Shown here: piece by piece, positions 63,940-64,000 of the stretch | How positions within the stretch are numbered: the first letter of the stretch is position 1 | How the letters are laid out: each line of letters begins with the position of its first letter | Assembly: GCF_009914755.1 (NCBI RefSeq) | Contig: NC_060931.1 | DNA: 64,000 nt | From: the human T2T-CHM13v2.0 reference genome, Homo sapiens | Strand: one strand, 5' to 3' | The notes under the pieces: generated by a model | Databases searched by the model: none | The model's input: only the letters and a program-made list of their open reading frames with translations | What the model was told of the DNA's origin: nothing | Made by a program: the position numbers and the translations under genes

Positions 63940-64000
63940 TTTCTTTTTTATTTATTTATTTTTTGAGACGGAGTCTTGCTCTGTTGCCCAGGCTGGAGGG
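63940..64000 (-). mobile_element. Alu 3' end, running off the window
   Basis: T-rich tail followed by gagacggagtcttgctctgttgcccaggctggag. Confidence 0.9.

Overview
Primate, almost certainly human, genomic DNA that is very Alu-dense (about 90 copies or fragments), with interspersed L1, L2, MIR, ERV LTRs, Tigger-type DNA transposons and simple repeats. Only two coding exons are supported, both on the + strand: 5957-6079 (123 nt) and 33713-33816 (104 nt). Spliced, they read HWCHHTVTRTVSCQVQNGSETVVQRVYQSCRWPGPCANLVSYRTLIRPTYRVSYRTVTVLEWRCCPGFTGSNCDE, the 7-Cys EMI domain of collagen XXVI (COL26A1/EMID2, exons 2-3, 7q22.1 by recall). The rest is intron, and nearly all ORFs in the supplied track are repeat read-through. 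I found no new multi-gene system. The best leads are: an AluYa5 whose only four departures from consensus are clustered TA>TG changes (possible fossil of ADAR editing before retrotransposition); a TSD-flanked 5'-inverted Alu (twin priming); two cryptic-exon architectures next to UG repeats (TDP-43 type); a 6-nt tandem acceptor altering the EMI domain; and an unassigned CpG-retaining AT-rich segment. Repeat family names come from recalled consensus sequences, and repeat boundaries are approximate.
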